From NCBI GenBank assembly GCA_030390025.1, contig CM059438.1, positions 88,102,001 through 88,166,000 on the forward strand: 64,000 bases of DNA. Reading direction: 5' to 3'. This stretch comes from Squalus acanthias (taxonomy: Eukaryota). Both the position numbers and the translations under genes were made by a program. Of this stretch, positions 52,601-61,073 are shown in pieces (within the stretch, counting starts at the first letter, position 1; the number at the start of each line of letters is the position of its first letter). The notes under the pieces are model-generated. The model made no database searches. It saw only the letters and a list, made by a program, of their open reading frames with translations, and was not told the origin of the DNA.

Positions 52601-55600
52601 TTGCAGAGTCCCACTGGATAGCTGATAATGGAAGTGTTAGATTGATGAAATGAGGGATGCTTTATGCTTTTTACCCCAGAGTTGAGGTTGATGCACATGA
52701 TCAGGGTATGGTAAAGGCACTTGACTGATGTCCATCCCATAATACATATCAGCTGAGAGTGGTTGATTTTGTTCCTGATTGCAAAGAGGGGAAAAAATGT
52801 TCTGCTGTTCAGCACTATCGTCCTTCAACTTGAGGAACACAGAATTCCCTGGAAGATCAATTGAACCGTGAACAGATTATGCAACAGCAAGAATTAAACC
52901 TAACCTTGGAGCAGCCAGAGCTCTGGAATAGCAAGAGCATTCTCAGTAAATGCAGTGTGCTGATTAAAAGGGTTACTCCTAAACGCCAACTTAGTTTGCC
53001 ACAAATATAACTGCAGGGTTACATCTGCTTCAGTTGTCACAGTTGTATGCAGCTTAAAATACATGCAAATTACACAGTAATGTTTTTCAGCTCTGAGTTT
53101 AGTTGTCTTTACTGAACTGTGCCTAACACCCTGTCTCAGTCTCAATCACGTGCCGCTTTTCAGCACCAACATAAACGGCCCTTTTGAAGTTGGGAAGAAG
53201 CCATGAATTCTGGAAATCAGGAATAAAAATAAAGTGTAGGATATGCACCGCAGGTAATTCTGAATCTGAAAGAAAAGTTATCAATTCTGGTGGCAATTTC
53301 TGAGAGATTTCTTGATTTTTAAAAGTGTGACTGGAAAATTGTAAAAATTCCTCTGAAAATTCATGCTCACAGAATTCAGTTTTACCGGATCACAACTCCA
53401 AATTTCCACTTTCCTGTCTTGCAACAGGCAACATGGTTTACATTTAAAAAAAAATATATAAATACGTTAAATAGTTGTTTTCTGGGCTATTGCCAGGTGT
53501 AAAAATGTGATCCTTGAGATGTGAGAAGAGAAGTCTGCAGCCATGGGTTATCCTTAGAATTCACAAATCTCCACCAACTTTTAAATCCTCTTTCTTAATA
53601 AGACTTGCTTGTTTGGTTTTTAATTATGCTTTTATGTGGGTTCAAAGTCATATTAAAACCACTTCCACTTGGGTCAAAACTGCCCACTCCAGTCAGCTCA
53701 GTCAACTAGCTTTGAGACTGAATTAAATTGAACTTGGAGAGAGAGGAGGAGGTAAATGAGAAGGTAAATGAAAAAGACAATGAAACAGTGACAGGAAAGA
53801 ATAAACTTTGAAAGATTGGTAGCAAGTTGAAGACTAAGGAAAAGGACTGAAGATATTTATAGCAGAATAGATAAAGGCAACGAGGTAAGTTTCAAGAAAG
53901 ACATTGACCCGTGACTTGGTACCGTGGAGGGGAGGCAGTCTCGCAACAAGCCCATCTCTTTACAAAGTGCCTTGCATGAAGATCTTTATTAAGCAACCGG
54001 TGACCAGCAAGTCTGGTACACAGCATGGACTTGGAATCTGGAACATCAAGGTGCTTGGTACAAAGCAAGCTGTCCAGCATAGATCCTTTCACCATGCTGA
54101 AATCAGATGCCTGCCACGTAGCTGACAAAACTGAGGCTTGGCACAGCAGCTGCTAGACAAGAGTTGCCTGAATGCTGTTTAGACCACCATATGCTCATGT
54201 GTCAAAGGGTCTGTGCCAACCATGATTGTATTGCAGAGATGCAAGGCAGTTGTTGCTAAACCTTTGCACCAACAATTGGTGAAAGCACAATTTAGTGAGG
54301 TATGGGCAAACTATGATCAGGAGGATAGTGACAACACTCATTCTAAGGTGAGCTGAACTGCTCATTAAGCCAACTGTGACCGTTCCTTGTTTCTGCTGTT
54401 TGCCTTGCAAGAAGCTAGCAACACTGTCTGGCAGCTACCATGCCAACCCTTTGTCAATTGTCTAATATGAGAAGTCGCACAACACCAGGTTATAGTCCAA
54501 CAGATTTATTTAATTTTACAAGCTTTCGGAGCTGTCGCTCCCTCAGGTAAGTCAGGTAAATTGTCTAATAAGCAACTAACTATTCTCCTGGGTGGGGAGG
54601 GGCAAAGGTAAGTGGGGCCTCTTTTATCAAATTGGCTCCAAGATAACACACCTGCTAAAGGAAGATTAGGATTGAATCAACTCTCCATAGTGGACTCAGT
54701 AATCTGATACCTGAGCCAGGCAGATGTAGAACTGCATAGAAATTACAACACGGAAACAGGCCGTTCAGCCTGTATTTATCTTGTGTTGGTGTTTACCCTC
54801 CACATAAAGTGTAGTCCTAATCCCATGTGCCCACTCTGTTCTCATATCTCTCTATTCTCCTTTCCTTCAGCCACCTATCTAATTTATTCTTAATTGTTGA
54901 CATGGTCTCTGCTTCAATCACTAGCTCTGCTAGCGCAATCCACAGCCTCACAACCCTCCGTGTAAAAACAAAAGTTTCTCCTGTGCTATGTCCTGAATGG
55001 CTTGCATTTAATCTTATAATCTGTGATCCCTTGTTCCAGGCCTCTCAACCACTGGAAATGTTTTTTTTCTCTATCTTCTACGTCCCAGCCCTTCATAATT
55101 TTAAACACCAATCACCCCGTAATCTCTGTTCTAAAGAAAACGGCTTCAATTTGTGTCTTGTACTCTAAGCCACTGCTGAATCCAATCAGCCTGGCTAATT
55201 AATGGGGCCTGGCAGATAGACCTGCAACTGGGGGGCTGGAATTCTGCCCACTCGCACAAACCAGAGCTCTAACATGTAGGGTAGCTCTAACTGGACAAAT
55301 TTACCAGTATTCTGTGCTGGTAAGATGTGTGGTCTAAGCTGGTTAACCTTAGCACTACTCCTGCAAACTTGATGAGGTGAGGGGGGCGAATAGAGTCCCT
55401 GAGCCTTGGCTTTTGCCAGCCGTAGCTCTCTGGACCTAAGTAAGTGTGATGGATCCTTACAGGGAGAGAGTGTGCACTCACTCCATAATCAGGCAAACAG
55501 AACTTTGAACTGTGTGGATTTCTCAGTCGCTTGGCTTCGAGACTCTTGAGCACGTTTTTTGCACCTGTCAGGCACCCACCTGACCAAAACAAATGGAAAC

Positions 55601-58600
55601 TGGATTAATAGAAAAATGTACCAGAAAGACAGCACTGGAAAAGGTTTAAAAATAGTCAGTGTAAGTACCCTTGGAAGTGCAACAAAGACAATTTATAATG
55701 AGCACACAAGAAACAACATCCAGATAGATTAAAAATAGGAAGTACAAGAAAGTAAATATACAAAATGAAAGAGAAAGGTTGAAATAGAAAAACATACAAT
55801 TAATAATGCATTATACAAGATTTAAATAGAATGAATGCACAAGTAGGCATTGCCAGCTTCACAAGACTGAACAATTTTTTTATTCATTCATGGGATGTGG
55901 GCATCGCTGGCAAGGCCAGCATTTATTGCCCATTCCTAATTGCCCTTGAGACGGTAGTGGTGAGCTGCCGCCTTGAACTGCTGCAGTCCCTGTGGTGAAG
56001 GTGCTCCCACAGTGCTGTTAGGGATTTTGACCCAGCGACGATGAAGTAACGGCGATATATTTCCAAATCAGGATGGTGTGTGACTTGGAGGAGAACTTGG
56101 AAGTGATGGTGTTCCCATGCGCCTACTGCCCTTGTCAGGTAGAGGTCGCGGGTTTGGGAGGTGCTGTTGAAGAAGCCTTGGCGAGTTGCTGCAGTGCATC
56201 TTGTAGATGGTACATACTGCAGCCACGGTGCGCTGATGGTGGGGGGAGTGAATGTTTAAGGTGGTGGATGGGGTGATCATCAAGCGGGCTGCTTTGTCCT
56301 GAATGGTGTCAAGCTTCTTGAGTGTTGTTGGAGCTGCACTCATCCAGGCAAGTGGAGAGTATTCCATCAGTATAACCCTTTAATTTGGGATTCACTTGTG
56401 TGTTTTACATTTGTTTGGTCTTACCAGACCACACATGCCCTGAGGAGGAGAACAGGTGACCTGTTGCTAGTTACTGTGGTGATTTGGTGGTTTTAAGAAT
56501 ACATAGGAACATGGGAATTGCTAGACAAAAAAAGACAACGGCCCATCTAGTTCGCCTTCTACCATCCTGGTGATCTAGTTGTTGACTAATCATAGCAATC
56601 AGTCTCCATTAATTAGTCTACAACAGACCCAGACATGAGGTGAGGAAAACCCCAGTGGTGGAGAGCTTTGGGAATCACAGGTCCAGTCAATTGTTGCTGC
56701 CAAGCATCTACACTTACATTGGTCATGTCTCAAATTACTCATCTACGGTATCCCAAAATATTATTTTCTAAAGGAAATCTATCCAATTTACATTGAATGA
56801 ATCTTTACTATCTGCTTCCACCGTCTCCCTAGTGAGCCTGTTCTGTTCGCTCACTGAAATAATGTTACTGCAGATTAGTTTTGAATTTAAGCACAGGCCG
56901 TGTCCTTTGGTTCTACTGTTCTGGAGACGGTGAAACAGCTTGTTATGCTCTACATTATCTAGTCCGCTTGGAATCCCAAGAGCAGCAATCATACACTTCT
57001 CGACCTCTTTTTCCAGTGAGAACATGTCCAATTTACATAATTGCTCCTCACAATCCAATCCCTCCATCCTTTCAGTCATTCTGGTTGCTCTCTTCTGTAT
57101 CCTTTCACTAGCTGCAATATCCTTTTTTTGTAACCAATACTTAGTTATTTGGATTTTAATTGTAACACTGAAAAATGTTGGGCCAGAAATTCGGCTCTCC
57201 GTCTTCCTGCGGGTGCAAGCATCGCGCGCGTACTTACCTACCGCGCCTGCTGTTGTGCTTCGGGCCCACGAGGACTTCGGGTCCTGGGCCTCCTGCAGCT
57301 GCCGGCGCGCAGTGCTTGCGTATCCCAGGGGCGCAGTTAGTTCGAAGCGTCCCCTGGGATCACGTGGGCCATGAAGAGCCAATTGGAGCAGGGCATTTTC
57401 ATTCATAGATTTGACAGGAAGACCTGTCAAATCTATGAATAGAGATCGGCCCCAAAACCACACTTAAACTTCAAAAAAAAAAATTTTTAAATCACATTTT
57501 TAAAATAACCAAGTTACATAAATTAACTACTTTAAACAAAAATTTAAATTTTTGAAAAATTAATTATACTTTTTAACGGTGCTAAAAATAAACTTACCTT
57601 TCTTTAAAGTATGTAATAATGATAAACCTGTTGAAAAAATGTTTAAATTGTAATTAATTAACCACTTACCTTGTTAAAAACAGGCCTTGCGCCTCCTTTT
57701 TAAAAGTGCAGCTTCTCCATACTTACCCTCCCGGAGAAACCTGAAAAAAAAGGAAGTTCGCTGCGTGCGCGCAGCCTCTCCCGCGCACGCGTTCGACTTC
57801 TGAACCCCTTCCTTCAGGGGAACGGAAGTTTCGGTTTCCCGCGCATGCGCAGTGCATGTGGGAAACCGGCACTTCAGGTGGCCTTACTGGTGAGTACACA
57901 GCGCGTACTCACCCGACACGAGCCGAATTTCTGGCCCGTTATCCGCTACTTTGCACACCGTTTCCCCTTTTGGTAAAAGCATGAAGCCCGGAATCTTTCA
58001 TAAAGAATGGGTTTCTGCAGGGAGATAAAATAGACAATGCTACTCCTGACTTTTTAAACTCCCATGTAAACTTTAGATGGCATTATCTTCATATCAGAAG
58101 AAGTGCTAGCACACTTACAATGTTAAACATTTTTAGTACTGTGCTGATTATTGCAACATTGTTCTATTTTCTACTATCTTTTGATACGACATAATTGATA
58201 TTCCTTTCAAAATTAAGTCTCCCCTACAATGAAGTAAGTCACGACCCCCTATCCAAAGCGCCATAAATTAGACGATAGCCAAGGGATATGAAAACCTTCA
58301 GCACTTGGCAACTGGTTGCTGCAGGTATGTGACTGTGGCATTGTTTGACAAACTAACTTTCACTATTTATTTTCAGGGTCTGGCTGAGTACTGTACTCTC
58401 ATTGATAGCTCCTCTTCGTTTAGAGCATATCGAGCAGCTTTGGCAGAGGTGGAACCACCCTGTATACCTTATCTGTGAGTATTAGAATGGCTTGTGTTCT
58501 GAAGGAGAAATGCAGTCTTAAAATAAAAACTAATACGATGTTGCTCGCAGTGAGTCGAGATTTGCTGGTTCAATAGTTGACCGTAGCATATAGCAACTGA

Positions 58601-61073
58601 AAGTCTTGGGCACACTCGCTGCTCATCTCTGGAAAACCTGCCAACAGAAACAGCTGATCTGCCATTTAGGAAAAATATAATTAAAGAGACGGGGAGCACT
58701 GGCCAAAATATTACCTTTAGTACTTCAATCAGGCAGCTGGTGCTGTTAAGTGTAATGACTCCTTTTTTGATTCTGTAATCTGGTTACTGCTGGGCATGTG
58801 ACCGATAATGCAGCATGGTTAGCACTGGCCAATCAGAAGCTCCATTGATTCAATCGATCTTGGACACATTTATATCTAATCTTGCATATAGCGTGCACTT
58901 CCTGTACCTGGAGGAAGTCGCACTTACTTCTCTTTCTCACACTAATTGCCATCCTTTAAACATACTTATACTTCACTCAGTCTTTCTAATTAAGTATCCG
59001 AGGCAGGGAGTGGATGTCTCCACAGCGGCACTCGCCCAAGAGCTGCTAACAACAGGCCATTGCTCGATGTTTCCTCCTGTGTCTGCTCGCATCTCGTGCT
59101 GCCCTGACTTCACCGCAAACCTCCAAAGTGGCCTTTTCCTTCTCCCTCCACCCGGCTCCTCTTCGAATAATGTCATGGGATCTTCTGTGTCTACCTGAGA
59201 GGGCAGATGGGGCCTCGGTTTAACCTCTCATCCGAAAGGTGGTACCTCCAACAGTGCTGCACTCCCTCAGTGCTGCACTGAAGAAGTGACGACTTGGATT
59301 ATATGCTCAAGTCTCTGGAGTGGGACTTGAACCCCCGACATTCCGACTCGGGTGAGAGTGCAACCACTGAGCCAAGGCCTTATAAAATATCACCTTGTAA
59401 AATAATACACTGTGCATTAAATGGTACAACACCTGTCATTGTAGAACAGCATATCATCTGACATATAACCAACATCATGGGATATCCATATTAAAATTCT
59501 TTTATTTTGCACTGTCAACTTTTTTCATTATACATTTCTATGTCCACATTTATAATGGAAACTGCACCATTGCCAGCAGGAGAGTATAATTAGTGTTTCA
59601 AGATTACATAGACAGTTTTTGTTAAATATGGACATAGGAATTTATACTGGAAATATATAAATAAGGTCAAAATGTATGACTGAAATGGGGACTGAATTAA
59701 GTCTGCATGTCCTCGTCCAACTGTTATCCTCTGCCCTCTAACCACGCTTCACCTGAAGACTGTACTTGACCTCGACTCCCTGTGTGCACTGTCACTGGCG
59801 ATCAACATGTCCTTGTTTTTGTGTGTGTGAATCTATAAATATGCATCTAAGAATGATTAACTCACTGGGTTTCTGTTAGCTTTCTGATTGGGTCAGTGCT
59901 AACTATTGATCATGTGCTTAGCAGCAACCGTTTTATCCCAGTGACCACCAAGAGGGAATTAAAATTGCATCTTGCCTCAAGGTAACTCTTGTTAGTGTGA
60001 ATAGAAAGTAGTAACCCCATCTAACTTGGGGTTGGTTAACTTGATCAAAAAATGTATTATCCAAGTTTGTTATGCGCTGCAGACTTGGCAAAACATGGAA
60101 TGTCATCTGCAAACATATTGTAAACTGTACTAGGAATTTATTTCATGTTCTGTTTCTTTGCCTGAAGTCACACTCCATGTGCAGATAGCTTGCAGAAAAC
60201 ATTTGATCTTTACTCCTCTTTTATTTTCTAGAGGCCTCATTCTACAGGACTTGACCTTTGTGCACCTTGGCAACCCAGATCTAATTGATGGAAAAATCAA
60301 CTTTTCTAAACGATGGCAGCAGTTTAATATCTTGGACAGTATGCGACGCTTCCAGCAAATGTAAGTATTCACAAGCCCAAAGACTGCTGAATTTCCACAA
60401 AAACATACTTCACTCTGATGAGATAGATGGGTATGAAGCAAACTGGTGATCATGGATCCACGCTAAGCTGCATAATCATTGCTAGTTTAGATCCACTGTT
60501 GCCAAGGTAGCATAATGCAATTTTTAGAATTTGACTTTTTAAATAAGAAATAGTTGGATTTTTTTTTTAAGTGCTAGGATTCCCAAGAGGCCAAGAAAAT
60601 TGCCTTCTCCAAGTGCTTTATCAAGCTGAACTTTTAACTGGTTGCTGGGAGGTGCATAGCAGGCTGGAGTGACTTTCCTTCCCTTCCTAAGGGAAAGATG
60701 GTTTAGTTGCATTCCATAATCTCCCTGACCGCATAGCTAAGATAAAGATTTCGACATGTGTAGCATTGCATGTGACTTCTCTTTGTAGGGTGCCTTCAGA
60801 AAGGCACTAGTCTTTACGTCAGAGTCTTTCCTTTCCCCCTCTCTGCCCCCCCACCCTTCCCCCATGCGTAACGCAATTAAGAATTTGACAGTGAAAATAA
60901 CTTTCTTTTCTTCTCTTTTCAGTCATTATGAACTAAAGCGCATCGACGACATTGTTACGTTCTTCAATGATTTCGGCGACCACCTTGCAGAGGAAGCGCT
61001 GTGGGAACTGTCATTAAAAATCAAACCGCGCAACATTCAGCGACGGAAAACAGAGCGCGATGAGAAAACCTAG
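4485..61073 (+). CDS. RAPGEF1: RAPGEF1 (C3G, Rap guanine nucleotide exchange factor 1), 3' part of multi-exon gene; 5' exons lie upstream of the window
   Basis: The spliced exons give a continuous, phase-consistent frame: [15 protein letters not shown]...[11 protein letters not shown]...[31 protein letters not shown]...[47 protein letters not shown]...[30 protein letters not shown]. This closely matches the vertebrate C3G C-terminus as I recall it. Confidence 0.98.
8190..8600 (+). mobile_element. CR1 LINE 3' fragment
   Basis: [28 protein letters not shown] motifs followed by a CR1-type tail. Confidence 0.85.
9907..9940 (+). repeat. (TG)n(CT)n microsatellite forming the pyrimidine tract of cassette exon A
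   Basis: tgtgtgtgtgtctctctctctctctctctctctc about 15 nt upstream of the acceptor. Confidence 0.9.
9956..10138 (+). CDS. RAPGEF1: RAPGEF1 cassette exon A (Ser-rich, 183 nt, symmetric phase 0)
   Basis: CCCAG acceptor after a (TG)n(CT)n tract; donor TCG|GTGAGT; encodes [61 protein letters not shown], resembling the mammalian long-isoform insert (..SVSVSNSFL.RHGSL..). Confidence 0.88.
13900..14790 (-). mobile_element. Old L2-like LINE remnant
   Basis: Purine-rich plus strand; degenerate RT motif [24 protein letters not shown] on the minus strand; resembles 29220-30610. Confidence 0.6.
15572..17207 (-). mobile_element. Penelope-like element, 5'-truncated (RT C-terminus, GIY-YIG endonuclease, terminal repeat)
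   Basis: Minus-strand [24 protein letters not shown], and [27 protein letters not shown] (GIY-YIG); TSD ctttgtgtaag(t/c)t at 15559-15571 and 17208-17220. Confidence 0.93.
15672..15710 (-). ncRNA. Hammerhead-like motif in the Penelope terminal repeat
   Basis: Minus strand CUGAUGA-A-AGGUC-AUC-GAUCU-GAAAC; stem III looks degenerate. Confidence 0.55.
17733..18230 (-). mobile_element. L2-like LINE 3' end
   Basis: [20 protein letters not shown] and GPKLWNSLP motifs; tail (caa)n-tttgcatttatatagcgc. Confidence 0.85.
19090..19710 (-). mobile_element. RTE-clade LINE remnant (endonuclease-RT linker)
   Basis: Manual minus-strand translation gives [15 protein letters not shown] and RKH*DWFDEND, characteristic of RTE ORFs. 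Confidence 0.78.
19898..20639 (+). mobile_element. MITE / non-autonomous DNA transposon
   Basis: 16-bp perfect TIRs cccgtattttccgatc (19898-19913) and gatcggaaaatacggg (20624-20639); CpG-rich arms, AT-rich centre, internal hairpins. Confidence 0.85.
21859..22113 (+). CDS. RAPGEF1: RAPGEF1 cassette exon B (255 nt, symmetric phase 0)
   Basis: Acceptor ttttctctttctcctcag; donor TCG|GTGAGA; encodes [42 protein letters not shown]...[17 protein letters not shown], matching the mammalian [16 protein letters not shown] insert. Confidence 0.92.
26145..26237 (+). CDS. RAPGEF1: RAPGEF1 cassette exon C (93 nt, symmetric phase 0)
   Basis: Acceptor cttgtctcctgtag; donor GCA|GTAAGT; encodes [31 protein letters not shown], matching the mammalian [14 protein letters not shown] insert. 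Confidence 0.92.
28716..28810 (+). CDS. RAPGEF1: RAPGEF1 exon (linker)
   Basis: Acceptor tttgtttccctccag; donor AG|GTGGGA; encodes [31 protein letters not shown](R); its phase 0 to 2 is required to join the 30811 exon. Confidence 0.88.
29220..30610 (-). mobile_element. L2-like LINE remnant
   Basis: Tail gcatttatatagcgc; [15 protein letters not shown] and [20 protein letters not shown] motifs. Confidence 0.78.
30811..30919 (+). CDS. RAPGEF1: RAPGEF1 exon (start of REM region)
   Basis: Acceptor ttttccctag; donor GAG|GTAATG; encodes [36 protein letters not shown]. Confidence 0.96.
31355..32228. mobile_element. Nested cluster: minus-strand L2 tail split by a minus-strand CR1 fragment (~31466-31960), then a plus-strand L2 tail (~32047-32228)
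   Basis: L2 tail sequences as at 17733; CR1 tail ggaacaggagtagcccattc; plus-strand tail ending ctatataaatacttgttgttgttg. Confidence 0.75.
34870..34964 (-). mobile_element. Solo Penelope terminal-repeat fragment with 13-bp TSD
   Basis: Matches 15610-15705; acaggatttgagg at 34857-34869 and 34965-34977. Confidence 0.82.
35700..36108 (+). mobile_element. CR1/L2-group LINE 3' end
   Basis: [34 protein letters not shown]; tail gaataaaaaa; high identity to the inverted copy at 55875-56370. Confidence 0.88.
36110..37150 (-). mobile_element. L2-like LINE remnant
   Basis: [23 protein letters not shown] motif, typical of the L2 ORF2 C-terminus. Confidence 0.8.
37884..38960 (-). mobile_element. CR1 LINE 3' part with internal deletions
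   Basis: [44 protein letters not shown]; CR1 tail. Confidence 0.92.
38723..38902. mobile_element. Second palindromic Penelope-derived mini element (inside CR1)
   Basis: Same family as 3547-3765; minus-strand core CUGACGA..GAAAGCUC at ~38771-38803; TSD cat(c/t)atctaagtc at 38710-38722 and 38903-38915. Confidence 0.8.
40495..40883 (+). mobile_element. CR1 LINE 3' fragment
   Basis: [41 protein letters not shown]; inverted relative to 37884-38300. Confidence 0.92.
44016..44091 (+). CDS. RAPGEF1: RAPGEF1 exon (REM domain)
   Basis: Acceptor ttctag; donor AAG|GTAAGA; encodes [25 protein letters not shown]. Confidence 0.96.
44733..44817 (+). CDS. RAPGEF1: RAPGEF1 exon (REM domain), followed by a U12-type donor
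   Basis: Encodes [28 protein letters not shown](R); ends at CG|ATATCCTTT. Confidence 0.95.
44818..45625 (+). other. U12-type (minor spliceosome) AT-AC intron
   Basis: 5' site ATATCCTTT (U11 consensus); branch site TTTTTACTTAAC at 45604-45615; terminal AC at 45624-45625; splicing restores ...LHY-R-YEKF. Confidence 0.95.
45626..45718 (+). CDS. RAPGEF1: RAPGEF1 exon (REM domain)
   Basis: Encodes [30 protein letters not shown](C); donor TG|GTGAGT. Confidence 0.95.
46390..46625 (-). mobile_element. Degenerate copy of the LINE 3' end seen at 35700 and 55875
   Basis: Shared motifs gctggcaaggc, ttttgacccag, gtcagaatggtgtgtgac. Confidence 0.65.
47645..47748. repeat. C-rich low-complexity tract (CnT)n
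   Basis: About 100 nt made only of C and T, in runs of 2-9 C. Confidence 0.9.
48128..48519 (-). mobile_element. HE1-like V-SINE
   Basis: Near-identical to 870-1304. Confidence 0.88.
49015..49120 (-). mobile_element. DeuSINE tail fragment
   Basis: catttatatagcgcctttc..cccaaagcgctttacagccaatgaagtacttttgaa. Confidence 0.6.
49543..49728 (+). CDS. RAPGEF1: RAPGEF1 exon (REM end and linker)
   Basis: Acceptor ccttttccag; encodes [43 protein letters not shown]...PLAARGVAA(R); donor AG|GTATGA. Confidence 0.97.
50151..50235 (+). CDS. RAPGEF1: RAPGEF1 exon (CDC25 domain)
   Basis: Encodes [28 protein letters not shown]; AG/GT boundaries. Confidence 0.97.
50863..50957 (+). CDS. RAPGEF1: RAPGEF1 exon (CDC25 domain)
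   Basis: Encodes [31 protein letters not shown](W); AG/GT boundaries. Confidence 0.97.
50995..51283 (-). mobile_element. Penelope-like RT N-terminal fragment
   Basis: [26 protein letters not shown] corresponds to the PLE motif FY.LPKIHK...GRPI. Confidence 0.85.
51676..51754 (+). CDS. RAPGEF1: RAPGEF1 exon (CDC25 domain)
   Basis: Encodes [26 protein letters not shown]; AG/GT boundaries. Confidence 0.97.
52191..52292 (+). CDS. RAPGEF1: RAPGEF1 exon (CDC25 domain)
   Basis: Encodes [34 protein letters not shown]; donor GAG|GTAAGG. Confidence 0.97.
54468..54558 (-). mobile_element. Single-arm copy of the Penelope-derived mini element
   Basis: gagaagtcgcacaacaccaggttatagtccaacag...gctttcggagc; TSD aattgtctaata at 54456-54467 and 54559-54570. 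Confidence 0.8.
54735..55150 (-). mobile_element. CR1 LINE 3' fragment
   Basis: CR1-like tail catagaaattacaacacggaaacaggcc; cacagcctcacaaccctccgtgtaaaaa corresponds to the FFT.RVV..W motif in antisense. Confidence 0.7.
55875..56370 (-). mobile_element. CR1/L2-group LINE 3' end
   Basis: [48 protein letters not shown]. Confidence 0.9.
56500..57170 (-). mobile_element. CR1 LINE 3' fragment (same family as 1690-3250)
   Basis: [33 protein letters not shown]; shared 3' UTR. Confidence 0.88.
57180..57937 (-). mobile_element. MITE, possibly PIF/Harbinger-like, related to 19898-20639
   Basis: 18-bp perfect TIRs gggccagaaattcggctc / gagccgaatttctggccc, flanked by gtt on both sides (possible 3-bp TSD); internal blocks homologous to the 19898 element in reverse orientation. 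Confidence 0.85.
58377..58474 (+). CDS. RAPGEF1: RAPGEF1 exon (CDC25 domain)
   Basis: Encodes [32 protein letters not shown](L); donor CT|GTGAGT. Confidence 0.97.
59155..59378 (-). mobile_element. DeuSINE (SacSINE1-like) head and Deu domain
   Basis: gtcatgggatc..ctgagagggcagatggggcctcggtttaac..tccgaaag..gcactccctcagtgctgcactg..ggacttgaaccc..accactgagccaaggc. Confidence 0.8.
60232..60360 (+). CDS. RAPGEF1: RAPGEF1 exon (CDC25 domain)
   Basis: Encodes [42 protein letters not shown]; donor AT|GTAAGT. Confidence 0.97.
60923..61073 (+). CDS. RAPGEF1: RAPGEF1 terminal coding exon
   Basis: Acceptor ttctcttttcag; encodes [49 protein letters not shown] followed by TAG. Confidence 0.97.

Noticed and set aside
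56768-57463. 231-aa minus-strand ORF as a novel gene
   Set aside because: Chance read-through from a GC-rich MITE arm into a CR1 ORF2 remnant.
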